From contig CAWCYI010000006.1 in NCBI GenBank assembly GCA_963799845.1, positions 704,001 to 768,000 of the forward strand: DNA of 64,000 nt, in the 5' to 3' direction. The notes beneath the pieces were generated by a model. The model was not told the origin of the DNA and ran no database searches. It saw only the letters and a list, made by a program, of their open reading frames with translations. Positions 1-9,958 of the stretch are shown one piece after another (position 1 is the stretch's first letter; every line of letters begins with the position of its first letter). Source of the stretch: an uncultured Nitrososphaerota archaeon (GTDB lineage Archaea; Thermoproteota; Nitrososphaeria; Nitrososphaerales; CADDZS01). Both the position numbers and the translations under genes were made by a program.

Positions 1-1275
1 GGCAATTAGCGAGCTCACAGTTTGGTACGGAAGAGTTAGCGACATCAAGACTATCGCAAGGTTAAGGCTGATCGTGTATCCTACGTTCCACGCCGTCGTC
101 CTGATCGCTGATGCAATGCCTCTCCTATTTGCCGGCGCAGCCCCCATAACGGAGCTCATGTTTGGAGACGCAAATAATCCCACCCCCGCGCCGAACATTG
201 ACATGTAAATTACAGCGTAGAAGTACGATGTACCGGTGCCCAGTGTAGAGAAGAGAAACAGCGCCAGGCTTTGGATAACAAGGCCGGGGATAGTAAATTG
301 AATCTGTCCAAACCTGTCGGACAATTTTCCGCTCAGGGGCCCGGTCAGGAGAAACGCAATTTCGAAGGGAAGAATGCGGATGCCGGCCTGGAACGGATCC
401 ATACCCAGACCAACTTGGAAATAGAGGCTCAGCATGAGCAAAAGTGCACCCCAGGCGATTGCATTTATCATGACTGCAATCGATCCTCCCGTAAATTCGG
501 GAATCCGAAGAAGGCTGAGATCCAGAAGAGGATATTCTATCCTTGACTCCTGATAAACAAAAAGGGCAAGGGAGAGAGCCGAGATTACGAAAAAGAGTAA
601 AACAATATCAATGCTCGACAATCCGTACGCGGCGTAAGTTAGGGCAATCAGGAGTCCCGAAATCGATGTCGTTATCAAGGCGAATCCGATCCAGTCCATC
701 GGTGCTCCCAAATCGAGCTTGGCGATTTCTTTCAGCTTCCCGTGAGACCAATAGGTTCCGAAGATTCCGATCGGGACGTTTATCAGAAAAAGGAACCTCC
801 AATCGAGGAATGAGAGGATGATGCCGCTTACCGTCAGTCCGGCAATCGATCCGGCCCTGAAAGCTATCTGATTTAGCCCGACGGCAAATCCAAGCTCGCT
901 TCGCGGAGTTGCGTCTGTGATCAATGTCGCACTTACGATCGTCAGGAACGCAGAACCGAATCCCTGGACTCCACGGAACAATACCACCTGGTCGGGCGTC
1001 TGCGATAATCCGGTCAAGAGCGAACCAATTGTAAAGATTGCAAATCCGATGTTGTAAATGCGAACGCGGCCGATGATGTCAGCTGTTCTGCCGATCATCA
1101 GGACGGCGATGGTAGCTCCGAAAACATACGCCTGAGTAAACCAGATAGCCTGTTCAGCGTCTGCATGTAGGGCGAAGGCAACCTCGGGCAACCCAACAAT
1201 GACTATTCTCGAATCGATTCCGGACATCAGGATGCCGACCGTTGTCACGAGCAATACCGTCCATTTGTACTGCAA
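1..1275 (-). CDS. MFS transporter, DHA2/EmrB-QacA-like (3' end outside window)
   Basis: Manually translated minus-strand frame from TTG at 1275: MQYKWTVLLVTTVGILMSGIDSRIVIVGLP...GRTADIIGRVRIY...FRGVQGFG...WRFLFLINVPIG. These are 14-TMS MFS motifs. The frame runs off the window start. Confidence 0.9.
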   Translation of the reverse strand, partial: MQYKWTVLLVTTVGILMSGIDSRIVIVGLPEVAFALHADAEQAIWFTQAYVFGATIAVLMIGRTADIIGRVRIYNIGFAIFTIGSLLTGLSQTPDQVVLFRGVQGFGSAFLTIVSATLITDATPRSELGFAVGLNQIAFRAGSIAGLTVSGIILSFLDWRFLFLINVPIGIFGTYWSHGKLKEIAKLDLGAPMDWIGFALITTSISGLLIALTYAAYGLSSIDIVLLFFVISALSLALFVYQESRIEYPLLDLSLLRIPEFTGGSIAVMINAIAWGALLLMLSLYFQVGLGMDPFQAGIRILPFEIAFLLTGPLSGKLSDRFGQIQFTIPGLVIQSLALFLFSTLGTGTSYFYAVIYMSMFGAGVGLFASPNMSSVMGAAPANRRGIASAIRTTAWNVGYTISLNLAIVLMSLTLPYQTVSSLIA

Positions 1276-1529
1276 TTCTTTTCGGCGACTACCTCTTTCC
1301 CATTTCGTAAATAATTCGACGCGAGCTGCTGCTGGAAAGCTCATTCCCCGAGCTCATTGATTTTCCTCGGCTCGCAAAAATCGATTTAATTTTAGATCAA
1401 AATATTAAAGGTTTAAGCAAATCGCTTTTCATTAATTATTAGACGCGCAAAAATTATTTTCTTCTTACTAATTTTCAAATTTCGTACTTCTTATACTTTA
1501 GCAGATTTTTGGTTCACTCAAGGTAAAAC

Positions 1530-1778
1530 ATGGCAGAACCCAAAGAATGGAAAGATCTGTTCGAAGACCCTACCAGATACACTAGAATCATCAGCAGACT
1601 CGACAATCTCAATATGGTCATACTGAATTATCAACATGAGTTTCACGAGCGGGAACTCTACTACGACATTGACCATGACATTGAGAGGATGTTACTCATC
1701 CTCGTGAGTATGGAGAACAAAGTGCAAGCTCAATTCATCGACCAACTCAAATCCAAACTGGAAGCGAAACAGCCATGA
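1530..1778 (+). CDS. hypothetical protein (helical orphan)
   Basis: 82-aa ATG ORF after an AT-rich intergenic stretch with AAGGT upstream. Its stop overlaps the next ATG (ATGA). Confidence 0.6.
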   Translation: MAEPKEWKDLFEDPTRYTRIISRLDNLNMVILNYQHEFHERELYYDIDHDIERMLLILVSMENKVQAQFIDQLKSKLEAKQP

Positions 1779-2077
1779 GCGACGATGAATACTCACCCGA
1801 TGAAACTGTCCAAAGAATGCGAATGTGGAAGGGTGCTCTAGTGGACAGCAAAAGGCTGTACTTCGAGATCGCAGATGTATTGGATGGTGCATTAGAACAG
1901 TCATCGACTCCTTACTAGATCTACTTCGCAATTCTGTCCGTAAAACAAGGTGCCGAGAAGGCATTAGAGAGACGCGGTTTTACAACAGAGCAGCCTGAAA
2001 TGATGCAGAAGTTCATCAATGGAAATGGCAAGCTCATAGATGGGGAACTCATAATGTCTCTTCACGACGATGAATAA
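1775..2077 (+). pseudogene. orphan ORF with in-frame TAG at 1916-1918
   Basis: MSDDEYSPDETVQRMRMWKG...SSTPY*IYFAILSVKQGAEKALERRG...HDDE*. 101 codons in one frame with a single internal stop. Confidence 0.5.
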
Positions 2078-2105
2078 CAATCATAACTGCTGAGGAAGCA
2101 AGAGT

Positions 2106-2343
2106 ATGACCGAACTCATTCACGATCAACGTGAGAGTCTTAAGGCTCCTTCACGCGAAACACGGTTAGGCAATTCTTAACGTACAGAAAGAACTCGACG
2201 AGATTCGTACTGCTCATTTTGGACTGTCATCAACCGAAAGAGCAGCTGTCCTCGAACAAGTGTCAAGTTTCACTTGACGACTTGCCCAGCTTGAAAGGGA
2301 GTTTGAGGAAATGGCGAAGGAAAGTCACCGCTTCAGGCTCTGA
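2106..2343 (+). pseudogene. decayed orphan ORF (frameshift plus internal TGA)
   Basis: MTELIHDQRESLK... then shifted frame AILNVQKELDEIRTAHFG...FT*RLAQLEREFEEMAKE, which is coiled-coil-like. Confidence 0.3.
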
Positions 2344-2354
2344 AGACCTCTAGA

Positions 2355-2594
2355 ATGTGTGTGATTACAAGTGACCTAAACACATTGATGATACTTCTGT
2401 GGCTTGCTAAACCATGGTCACTAAAAGACGAAAATCTTTCTTCGGGCATCGAACAATTATCCACTCGATTCCGAACGAAGCTTATAGAATTCGGAGTCCC
2501 TCTAGAGTGTGTTGAAAAGCTATCATCCTCGGAATTGGTTCGAGTTCCAATCTCAGAATGGGAGAGGATGATCTCGTCACACTTGCACGAATGA
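2355..2594 (+). CDS. hypothetical protein
   Basis: 79-aa ORF, same strand as the upstream orphan ORFs. No recognised motif. Confidence 0.35.
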   Translation: MCVITSDLNTLMILLWLAKPWSLKDENLSSGIEQLSTRFRTKLIEFGVPLECVEKLSSSELVRVPISEWERMISSHLHE

Positions 2595-2692
2595 TTAGGT
2601 TAGTTAGAGCACGTCTGCTCCCGTATTTTTTGGGACGGCAGTTAAGTCAGCCCTTATGCATACGGTCGCGTATTGAATCCAAGAGTTTACAG

Positions 2693-3740
2693 CTACGAAT
2701 GTTCGCTCTGTTGAGTTTTATCAGGAGCTTTGCCGAAACCCTCACTCACGCCTTCGGTCTTTTCCTTGAAGTGACACGCGACGAGGTGACCCGGCGACAA
2801 TTCTTCGAGCGGAGGATCGACCCGCGTGCATACTTCCTCCGCGTAGGGGCACCTCGGATTGAACCTGCACCCACTGGGCGGGTTAATCGCGCTCGGGACC
2901 TCTCCCTTGATCTCGATGTTAAGCAGATTTCTCTTCCACGGATTTGCGATCGGGGCCGCCTGCATGAGCGTAATCGTATATGGGTGTCTCGGCTTTGCCA
3001 TCACGGTCTTCGTCGGTCCGTACTCGACCAGGTGGCCAGCATACATAACGGCGACAATGTCGGAAAGATACTGCGCGACAGCAATGTTGTGAGTGATCAA
3101 CATGTACGAAAGCCCGAAGCGAGTCTGAAGCTCGATGAGCAGTCGGAGGATCTGAGCTTGGACGGAAGCATCCAGCGCGCTGGTCGGCTCGTCCAGTATC
3201 ACCAGTTTAGGTGACGGTGCGATGGCCCTTGCTATCAGCTACTCTTTGCCTCTGACCTCCACTGAGCTGCTTGGGGATGCGATAAGCCTGCTCCTCGGAC
3301 AAGCCAACGGCCTGGAGGCTCTTCATTACCATGTCGTCTACCCTGTCTCTACTTCCGCCGATAAGACCGCGAATTGGTTCGCCGACCGTGTCTGCGATAG
3401 TCCTTCGGGGGTCGAGCGACGAGTCCGGGTCCTGGAAGACTATCTGCATGTTCCTGTAGACTTCTTTTCGATTTACCTTCTGCAAATCCTGACCTTCAAA
3501 CAAAACCTGCCCCGAAGTAGGCGCGAGTAGCTGCGCGACGGTGCGGGCGAGCGTGGTCTTCCCGCAACCAGATTCGCCCACAACCGCGATCGTTTTGCCA
3601 CGCGGAATTCTAATCGAAACTCCGTCGACTGCTTTCACAAACCTGCGCTCGACCCTGCTGAAAGGATTTAGCGTACGACGGAGCTGAAAATACTTCTTGA
3701 GGTCCTTAGTTACCAGAAGGCCGTCGTGTTCAGTTTCCAT
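2693..3740 (-). CDS. oligopeptide/dipeptide ABC transporter ATP-binding subunit (DppF/OppF-like); +1 frameshift at ~3236
   Basis: GESGCGKT, LSGGQRQRVA, DEPTSALD and a C-terminal oligo_HPY Cys motif. Split between ORFs 3207-3779 and 2693-3202. Removing C3236 restores VAIARAIAPSPKLVILDEP. Confidence 0.9.
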
Positions 3741-4797
3741 ATAGAAAACACGACACCCTGTGTCCAGGACTGACCTCAATGAGTTTTGGCGGCCTCGTTC
3801 GACAGATCTCCATGACGGACGGACACCTGTCAGCGTAGCGGCATCCTATCGGTGGATTGACCAGATCCGGGACCGACCCCGCAATAGGCTTCAGGTCAGT
3901 ATCGTCCTTGGATCCGCTCGGAATGCAAGAGAGCAGCCCCTCCGTGTACGGATGGAGAGGCTTTGAGAAAAGATCGAAAACTCCTGCATCCTCTACAACA
4001 TCGCCCGCGTACATTACAACGACCCTGTCCGCCACCTGACTTGCAACGGCCAGATCATGAGTTATGAGAACGATACTGGTATTGACCTCGGTGATCAGCT
4101 CTTTCATCAGTTTCAAGACCTGGGCCTGGGTGGTCACATCGAGCGCCGTTGTCGGCTCGTCCGCGACCAGAATGGCCGGTCTTTGCGAGAGCGCCATTGC
4201 GATCATAACTCTCTGACGCATTCCGCCGGAGAGCTCAAACGGATATCTCTCCAGCACCTGCTCCGGGTCCGCGATCCTTACGAGCTTTAGGGCGTTCATC
4301 GCTTCCGTCTTGAGTTCTTTGGTCAATTTTCTCCTTCTCATGCGCATTCCTCTGGACGTGGTGATACCGTCGGTTCTGTAGACCTTCTGCATGACCTCGG
4401 ACTCTGTTGTAACATCAATTCCTGCGGTCCTGCTCTCCCTGATCAAGATAGCTTCGGCGATCTGGTCACCTATTCGGTGGACGGGGTTGAGGCTCGTGAG
4501 CGGCTCCTGGAAGATCATAGCGATCTCTGTACCGCGATAATTCCTAAGCTTCTTGTTGTCAAGCTTGACGAGGTCTGTACCCTTGTAGACGATCGATCCT
4601 TCAAGGACTTTTGCAGGAGGACTCGAGAGCAGTCCGATCATAGAAAGCGCGAGAGTTGACTTGCCGCAGCCTGACTCGCCGACCACGGCAAGAAACTCCC
4701 TTTCGCCGATGTCAAGATTAACTCCGTTTAGGGCGACTAATCGCCAATCGCGAAACTCGTACGCGATCCTCAGATCGTCGATCTTGATGACGCTCAG
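3730..4797 (-). CDS. ABC transporter ATP-binding subunit (DppD/OppD-like)
   Basis: GESGCGKST, LSGGMRQRV, ADEPTTALD and HPY...C-C-C tail. Probable CTG start overlapping the permease stop (CTGA). Confidence 0.9.
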   Translation of the reverse strand: MSVIKIDDLRIAYEFRDWRLVALNGVNLDIGEREFLAVVGESGCGKSTLALSMIGLLSSPPAKVLEGSIVYKGTDLVKLDNKKLRNYRGTEIAMIFQEPLTSLNPVHRIGDQIAEAILIRESRTAGIDVTTESEVMQKVYRTDGITTSRGMRMRRRKLTKELKTEAMNALKLVRIADPEQVLERYPFELSGGMRQRVMIAMALSQRPAILVADEPTTALDVTTQAQVLKLMKELITEVNTSIVLITHDLAVASQVADRVVVMYAGDVVEDAGVFDLFSKPLHPYTEGLLSCIPSGSKDDTDLKPIAGSVPDLVNPPIGCRYADRCPSVMEICRTRPPKLIEVSPGHRVSCFLYGN

Positions 4798-5709
4798 GCC
4801 GAAGCCCCCTCCAGAGCATCCCGGAATCCATCGCCGAATAAGGCGAATCCAATCGCTCCCAGCGCTATTACCAGTCCCGGTACAAGCGGAAGAAATGGCT
4901 TTGTGATCAGATAGTCTTGGTAGTTGCTCACCATGTATCCCCAGTCGGGCGCCGGAGGCGGGATGGAAAGTCCCAGATAGCTGAAGACCGGCGTAAAAGA
5001 GCACGACTGTGCCCAAATCCAGAGTAGCGTACACCACGAGCGTCAGAAAAATATTGGGTATGACATGTCTCAAGACAATTCTCGCTGTACCGAAGCCAGA
5101 TGTCCTCGCTGCCTCGACGTAATTCTGATGGGCTACTTTCAGCGTTTCTCCTCGCGAAAGTCTGGCATAAGCCGGCCACCACACTATCATGAGCGCAAGC
5201 GCGATCGTCAGAATGCCCGGCCCGAGCCTTGCGACGATTGCGATAGCGAGTATCAGAGCAGGGATCGCGAAGAAGATATCTGTAGTTCTCATCAACGCTT
5301 CGTCAAATAGACCGCCACGGAATCCTGCAAAGCATCCCACAGTAATTCCGACAGTCAGAGCTACGCCGACGACCGCAAATCCTATCGAAAACCCATTGGG
5401 AGTGCCGGCAAGAATTCTGCTGAAAACGTCCCTTCCATACTGATCCGTTCCGAAGAGGTATTTCAGCGAGGGAGAGACTAGCGCGGGCCCCACGTTTTGC
5501 TGTATTGGATTGTATGGCGTAATTGGAATCTTTAGGGCGTCAGCTATTGCCACGATAACCGATACTATCACGAAGAAGACAACGATCCCGCCACCGATCA
5601 TCATCTCCTTGTTCCGGTGAATTCTAAGCCCGCCGGTGATGAACCCAATCGGCCCGACACCTTTTCGGGTAGAGCGTTTATTGGACGATGGTTTTTCTTG
5701 CGAGGTCAT
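4794..5709 (-). CDS. ABC transporter permease (DppC-like); +1 frameshift at ~4983
   Basis: FGTDQYGRD and an EAA loop (YVEAARTSG). Removing one base restores YAGLSYLGLSIPPPAPDWG...GDGFRDALEGASA*. Confidence 0.88.
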
Positions 5710-5713
5710 TTGT

Positions 5714-6732
5714 TTAGCTGTACCTGATCTGTGGATCCACCACGACGTAAAGAACGTCCGCGACTAAATTGGTTAGGACGATCAGTAGTGCGAAGATGAG
5801 GGTGGTCGCCAGTATTCCGGGATAGTCCTGAGCCAAAAGAGCCTCAACTACATATTGTCCCATCCCTGGATATCCAAAGATAGTTTCAACGAAGACCGTT
5901 CCAGTGAGGAGATAAGTGACCACCAGAGAGGAAACCGTCACTACGGGTATCAAGGCGTTTTGTAAACCGTGATTCAAAAAAACAGTCCTCTCATCCGCGC
6001 CCTTGGCCGGGCCGTTCGAATGAAATTGGAATGCATGACGTCTAGAACGGAGCTTCTAAGAATTCTCGTTACGACCCCAAACGTGGTAAGCCCTAAAGTG
6101 AGACTAGGCAAAATCACGTGCTCCAGAGCACTTGAAAGGTACGTAAAATTCCCCCGGAGTAATGCATCTAGCATGGGTATTCCGGTGATAGCTTTGGGCG
6201 TAACGAGAGAGATGGCGGCGGCGCCGCCGCTCGGCAGGAGATGAAAAACGTAAACGAAGATTATCAAAAGCAGCAATCCGATAAAAAAAGGCGGCGAGGA
6301 ATATCCTCCAAGGTAAAATGCTCTAATGCCTGCATCGATCGGTTTTTTGTGGTAGTATGAGGCGATTATCCCGAAAACGAACCCAAACAAGAGCGTTAGA
6401 ATGATTGCAAAAAACGCAATCTGGAGGGTGTATGGTAAAGTCTGCTCAATTACCGTCGTTACTGGAGCGAACCCCCGGGAAGGAGAAACACCGAGATTTC
6501 CCTGAGCTAGCCCGATGACATAGTAATAGAATTGAACGTATATCGGATCGGCGAGATGAAACTTCTTCTCATAAATTAACACCAACGCAGGATGGAAAGC
6601 CGCGCCTTTTCCCAGCCACGCATAGATCGGATTACCAAAACTGTGGGATATGATGAAAGTTATAACGAGTACTCCAAGAAGGACGAATACCGCGAGCCCT
6701 AGTCTTCTCGCGATAAAAGGGCCTATCTCCAA
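5714..6732 (-). CDS. ABC transporter permease (DppB-like); -1 frameshift at ~6005
   Basis: Typical DppB N-terminus, GNLGVS, HVILPSLTLG. Adding one G restores RTARAKGADERTVFLNHGLQNALIP. Confidence 0.88.
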
Positions 6733-6930
6733 CGACGCACCGACTCTGGCAGACCGAGATTTATCGATTTACGAACTAAATCCATTACGGAATTACTCAG
6801 TTTTACGAAAATCCTATTCACACCTTTGTCTGCAGCCAATTCCCGATCGGTATTTTCACCGCTCGGATTACACAAGTCCAGTCAGGCCGTTCCCAGGGAG
6901 TAAAAAGACCGGGCGCCCTTTGAATGAAGG

Positions 6931-8943
6931 TTACTGTCCGTTTACGAACTGAATAGTGTTGAAGATGGCTGTCGCGGACTGGCCGCTAAAGACCGCGTCC
7001 GGAAGGAAGCTCTTGATGATGTGGTTGTTGTAGACTAAGGATCCGCTACCTAGGAAAAGTCTCACTGAGCCGAGCCAGACATATGGAACATCGTTAGCAA
7101 CACGAGCTTGCATGGCGGTGCAATCGGCGGTCAACTGGGACTGAGACGCTCCATCGGTAAGGTCGTTAACGCAGGTTTGGGTAACGGGATTTGAGTAAAT
7201 CGCCCAGTTACCTCCCGCCGTATCGTTTGCTATCCAGGTGAGCAACGAATCTGCCGGCGTCGGCTCATCCGGTGCGAACGTTGCCGTTCCAAACCACGTA
7301 ATCTGAGCGATACTCTGCGACTGGTTCAACATCACTGGGAAGGTGGTACCGCCCCCGATGTACGGGGGTGCGTACTGCGATGGTGGCGTAACGATGATAC
7401 TAACAGGAATCCCTACGTTTGAAAGATCACTTTGGACGATTGTTGAAACCGTCGAACATACTCCGCATCCCTGAATGTAACGGAATTGCAGAGGTTGCAA
7501 CGTTGCAAGGTCAACGCCGCTCGCACTTAATTCCTGTTTCGCCAGCGTCGCGTTAAACTGGTATGGTGGAATGTTGCCCAAATCGTAAAGCTGCTTGAAT
7601 GCCGGATAGACGGGACCCATCATAGGAGTTGCGCCTCCTCCTTGGCTTCCAAGAAGGGCCTCACTGTCGATCGCGCTGTAATTAATCGCATGGGCTATCG
7701 CCTGTCTGAAGGACGTAATGTTAGTCGGATAGCGTTGAGTGTTCAGCGCCAAGGCGATAATGTTGGCAGAGGAACTTGGCATGGTGAAATAGGAGTACTG
7801 CGAGTTGTTCACTACGTTAGACCAATCTTGAGCTAAAATCGCGGCAATATCTGCCGCTCCGGATGTTAGATCGACATATCTCGTGACATCATCGCCCTTA
7901 ACGCTGATAACCACGTTCTGAACGTGGCCGGGATCCATGTACGGGTTTGTAGCAAGCTGTGCAGCAGTCCAATTTTTCGCCCAGTAATTCGGATTCTGAG
8001 TAAATTGTACTTCGGAGTTCATCACTACATTAGTTACCGTGTATGGACCCGTGCCGGGAATGGGAGCAGCGTTGAAATTCGGGTTGTAAGCAGCTGGCGT
8101 ACCAAAGCCACCATTATTTAGCACGTACTGCGTGTCGAAAATCAGGCCCTGGAACTGAACCCAGACCAGAGGGAAGTATAGAAATGGAGCTTTCAGATTG
8201 AAGATAAGCGTGTAAGGTCCGCTAACGTAAATCGGCCATGAACTGTTTGTCATGATGCTCATTAACTGTGAGTTCGGATTGACGAGACCGCTCTGACTCA
8301 TGAGCGCGAGGGTAGCAGGGCCAAAATCCGCATTGTTCATATTGAATACTGTGTAACCCGACGCCCAGCCAGATGCGTTGCCTGTAAGATAGTACAATCC
8401 GTACATCTGACCCCAGACCTGGTATGAATTGAAAGGATCACCATTGGAGAAATTAACGCCCTGTCGCAGATTGAAAGTCCAGGTAGTCCCGTTCGCAGCT
8501 TCAGTCCAGCTGGATGCGAGTCCGGGCTCGGGTGTGACTGTTCCGTTGGAATACATCTCATTACCGTTAACAGAAACGAGAGGCTGGTAAACCGTGAAAT
8601 CAAGCCAGTTGGGATAAGGTACTTCCGAGGGCGAGGTTAATTGATTGAGGTTTTGAGCTGGCGAGATCTCGTCATCAATTGCGAGCGTGGTAATCTTTCC
8701 TGCGACACTACTCTGTGAGCTTGTACTCGTCACTGGGGACGATGAAGAGGTTGTCGCCACGGAGGACGAGGTGGTTGTGCTTGGTGGTGATGTACTCGAC
8801 GTAGTTGGCGTAGTTGTACTGGTTGTGCTCGATCTAGTCGCGAGATACGCCCCCGCAGCCGCGATAACCAGAATGACAATAATTACAACAACGATAATCG
8901 CTCGTCCAATTCCCATCCTTTTCTCAGATACGGATTGCATCAA
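6931..8943 (-). CDS. ABC transporter substrate-binding protein, family 5, with class III (prepilin-like) signal peptide and Ser/Thr linker
   Basis: KRMG/IGRAIIVVVII..., S/T-rich stalk, PGLASSW...WTFNLRQGVNFSNGDPF, GTGPY. Confidence 0.92.
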   Translation of the reverse strand: MMQSVSEKRMGIGRAIIVVVIIVILVIAAAGAYLATRSSTTSTTTPTTSSTSPPSTTTSSSVATTSSSSPVTSTSSQSSVAGKITTLAIDDEISPAQNLNQLTSPSEVPYPNWLDFTVYQPLVSVNGNEMYSNGTVTPEPGLASSWTEAANGTTWTFNLRQGVNFSNGDPFNSYQVWGQMYGLYYLTGNASGWASGYTVFNMNNADFGPATLALMSQSGLVNPNSQLMSIMTNSSWPIYVSGPYTLIFNLKAPFLYFPLVWVQFQGLIFDTQYVLNNGGFGTPAAYNPNFNAAPIPGTGPYTVTNVVMNSEVQFTQNPNYWAKNWTAAQLATNPYMDPGHVQNVVISVKGDDVTRYVDLTSGAADIAAILAQDWSNVVNNSQYSYFTMPSSSANIIALALNTQRYPTNITSFRQAIAHAINYSAIDSEALLGSQGGGATPMMGPVYPAFKQLYDLGNIPPYQFNATLAKQELSASGVDLATLQPLQFRYIQGCGVCSTVSTIVQSDLSNVGIPVSIIVTPPSQYAPPYIGGGTTFPVMLNQSQSIAQITWFGTATFAPDEPTPADSLLTWIANDTAGGNWAIYSNPVTQTCVNDLTDGASQSQLTADCTAMQARVANDVPYVWLGSVRLFLGSGSLVYNNHIIKSFLPDAVFSGQSATAIFNTIQFVNGQ

Positions 8944-9055
8944 AGCTAAACCAAAAGCGTGCAGTATAAAATCTTAGTGCTTGATCGTGAATTCACAATC
9001 GCAAGTTTACTTCGTTGTCAGCGCATTGACAGGACGTTTTCAGGCCTCGTCAAAG

Positions 9056-9430
9056 TTAGTTTTTGAACTGGACCTTGGAACCAGTCTTGGCCTTGGCCAT
9101 CTGAAAGGCCTCGTCTGCCTGATCTAGATCAAATCGGTGACTCACAATGGCTTCTGCCCTAATGAGATTATTGCTAAGAAGATTTATGGCTTCCCCGTAA
9201 TGCTTCCACGCGGAGCCATAGGAACCACTCAGCGAAATCTGCCTCCTTACCAAGTCTGAAGCAGGAATCAAAATATTTTCTGGAAATATTCCAATGATCA
9301 CGATCTGATCTCCCTTCGGAGCGGAATAGCTGATTTCAACGCCGCAGGCGCTCCCGCTGCAACAACCAGCGTATCGAATCCATAGCCGTCAGTCATCGAA
9401 TTCATCTTTTCTAGGATGTCAATTTTCTCA
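9056..9430 (-). pseudogene. C-terminal fragment of a Zn-dependent alcohol dehydrogenase (paralog of 27000-28037)
   Basis: EKIDILEKMNSMTDGYGFD...AFQMAKAKTGSKVQFKN aligns with the C-terminus of 27000-28037. ~4-nt deletion frameshift near 9315. No N-terminal domain. Confidence 0.85.
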
Positions 9431-9879
9431 GAATCTGTGGTGTCGGTTGGAAATACTTCTTCGCGTCTCGGAGATTCGACAGCCATCACGAGGTCTATCG
9501 GAATGTCATTTCTTCTGTAGAAACTCTTCATGTAGTGCGTGTATGTTTTGCAATTCTTCTGCTTCGAGAATGCGAGTAGATCTCGTTTTGCCTTGAGTGC
9601 AATCGAAGGATCGTCAGAGGATTTATTCTTCCATGCTTCCTTGATCAGTTGATCAGGCAGCCTTAATTCCTCAGCTGTCAGGACATCTTTTGTTGTCTTA
9701 CCTGTTTTCCAAAGCAGGAATCTATACAAGCCATAAATGATGTTCTTTTCAGTGTCTGTCGAATCAGAGAGCTGACCTTGCCAAACCTTTACCGTTTCAT
9801 TTTCCTTCAGTTTAGCACAGATCTCCTTCAGCCTCGGATGCTTTTCATCCCTTCTTTGTACCCGTTCAGAGCTAGCCAT
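9431..9879 (-). pseudogene. N-terminal fragment resembling an archaeal tyrosine-integrase core-binding domain
   Basis: Pattern ...V.VW...YGLYRFL...PDQLI...KSFYRRNDIPI resembles the N-terminal region of archaeal integrases. No catalytic R-H-R-Y domain; it runs into the ADH fragment. Confidence 0.45.
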
Positions 9880-9958
9880 GAGCTGAGAGGCCCGGGTCTC
9901 ACGCTTAATCTGTTTAAAAATTATTCTTATTTCAAAATTTCAAAGGTTTAAACATTTT

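Noticed and set aside
271-821. Plus-strand ORFs 271-546 and 543-821, and other long antisense ORFs (2558-3214, 13170-13913, 42327-43133)
   Set aside because: They overlap well-supported genes on the opposite strand or in another frame and have no motifs.
3730-5709. Apparent 659-aa permease-ATPase fusion protein
   Set aside because: Created by a one-base insertion at ~4983. Correcting it gives a normal DppC ending at 4794 and a separate DppD.
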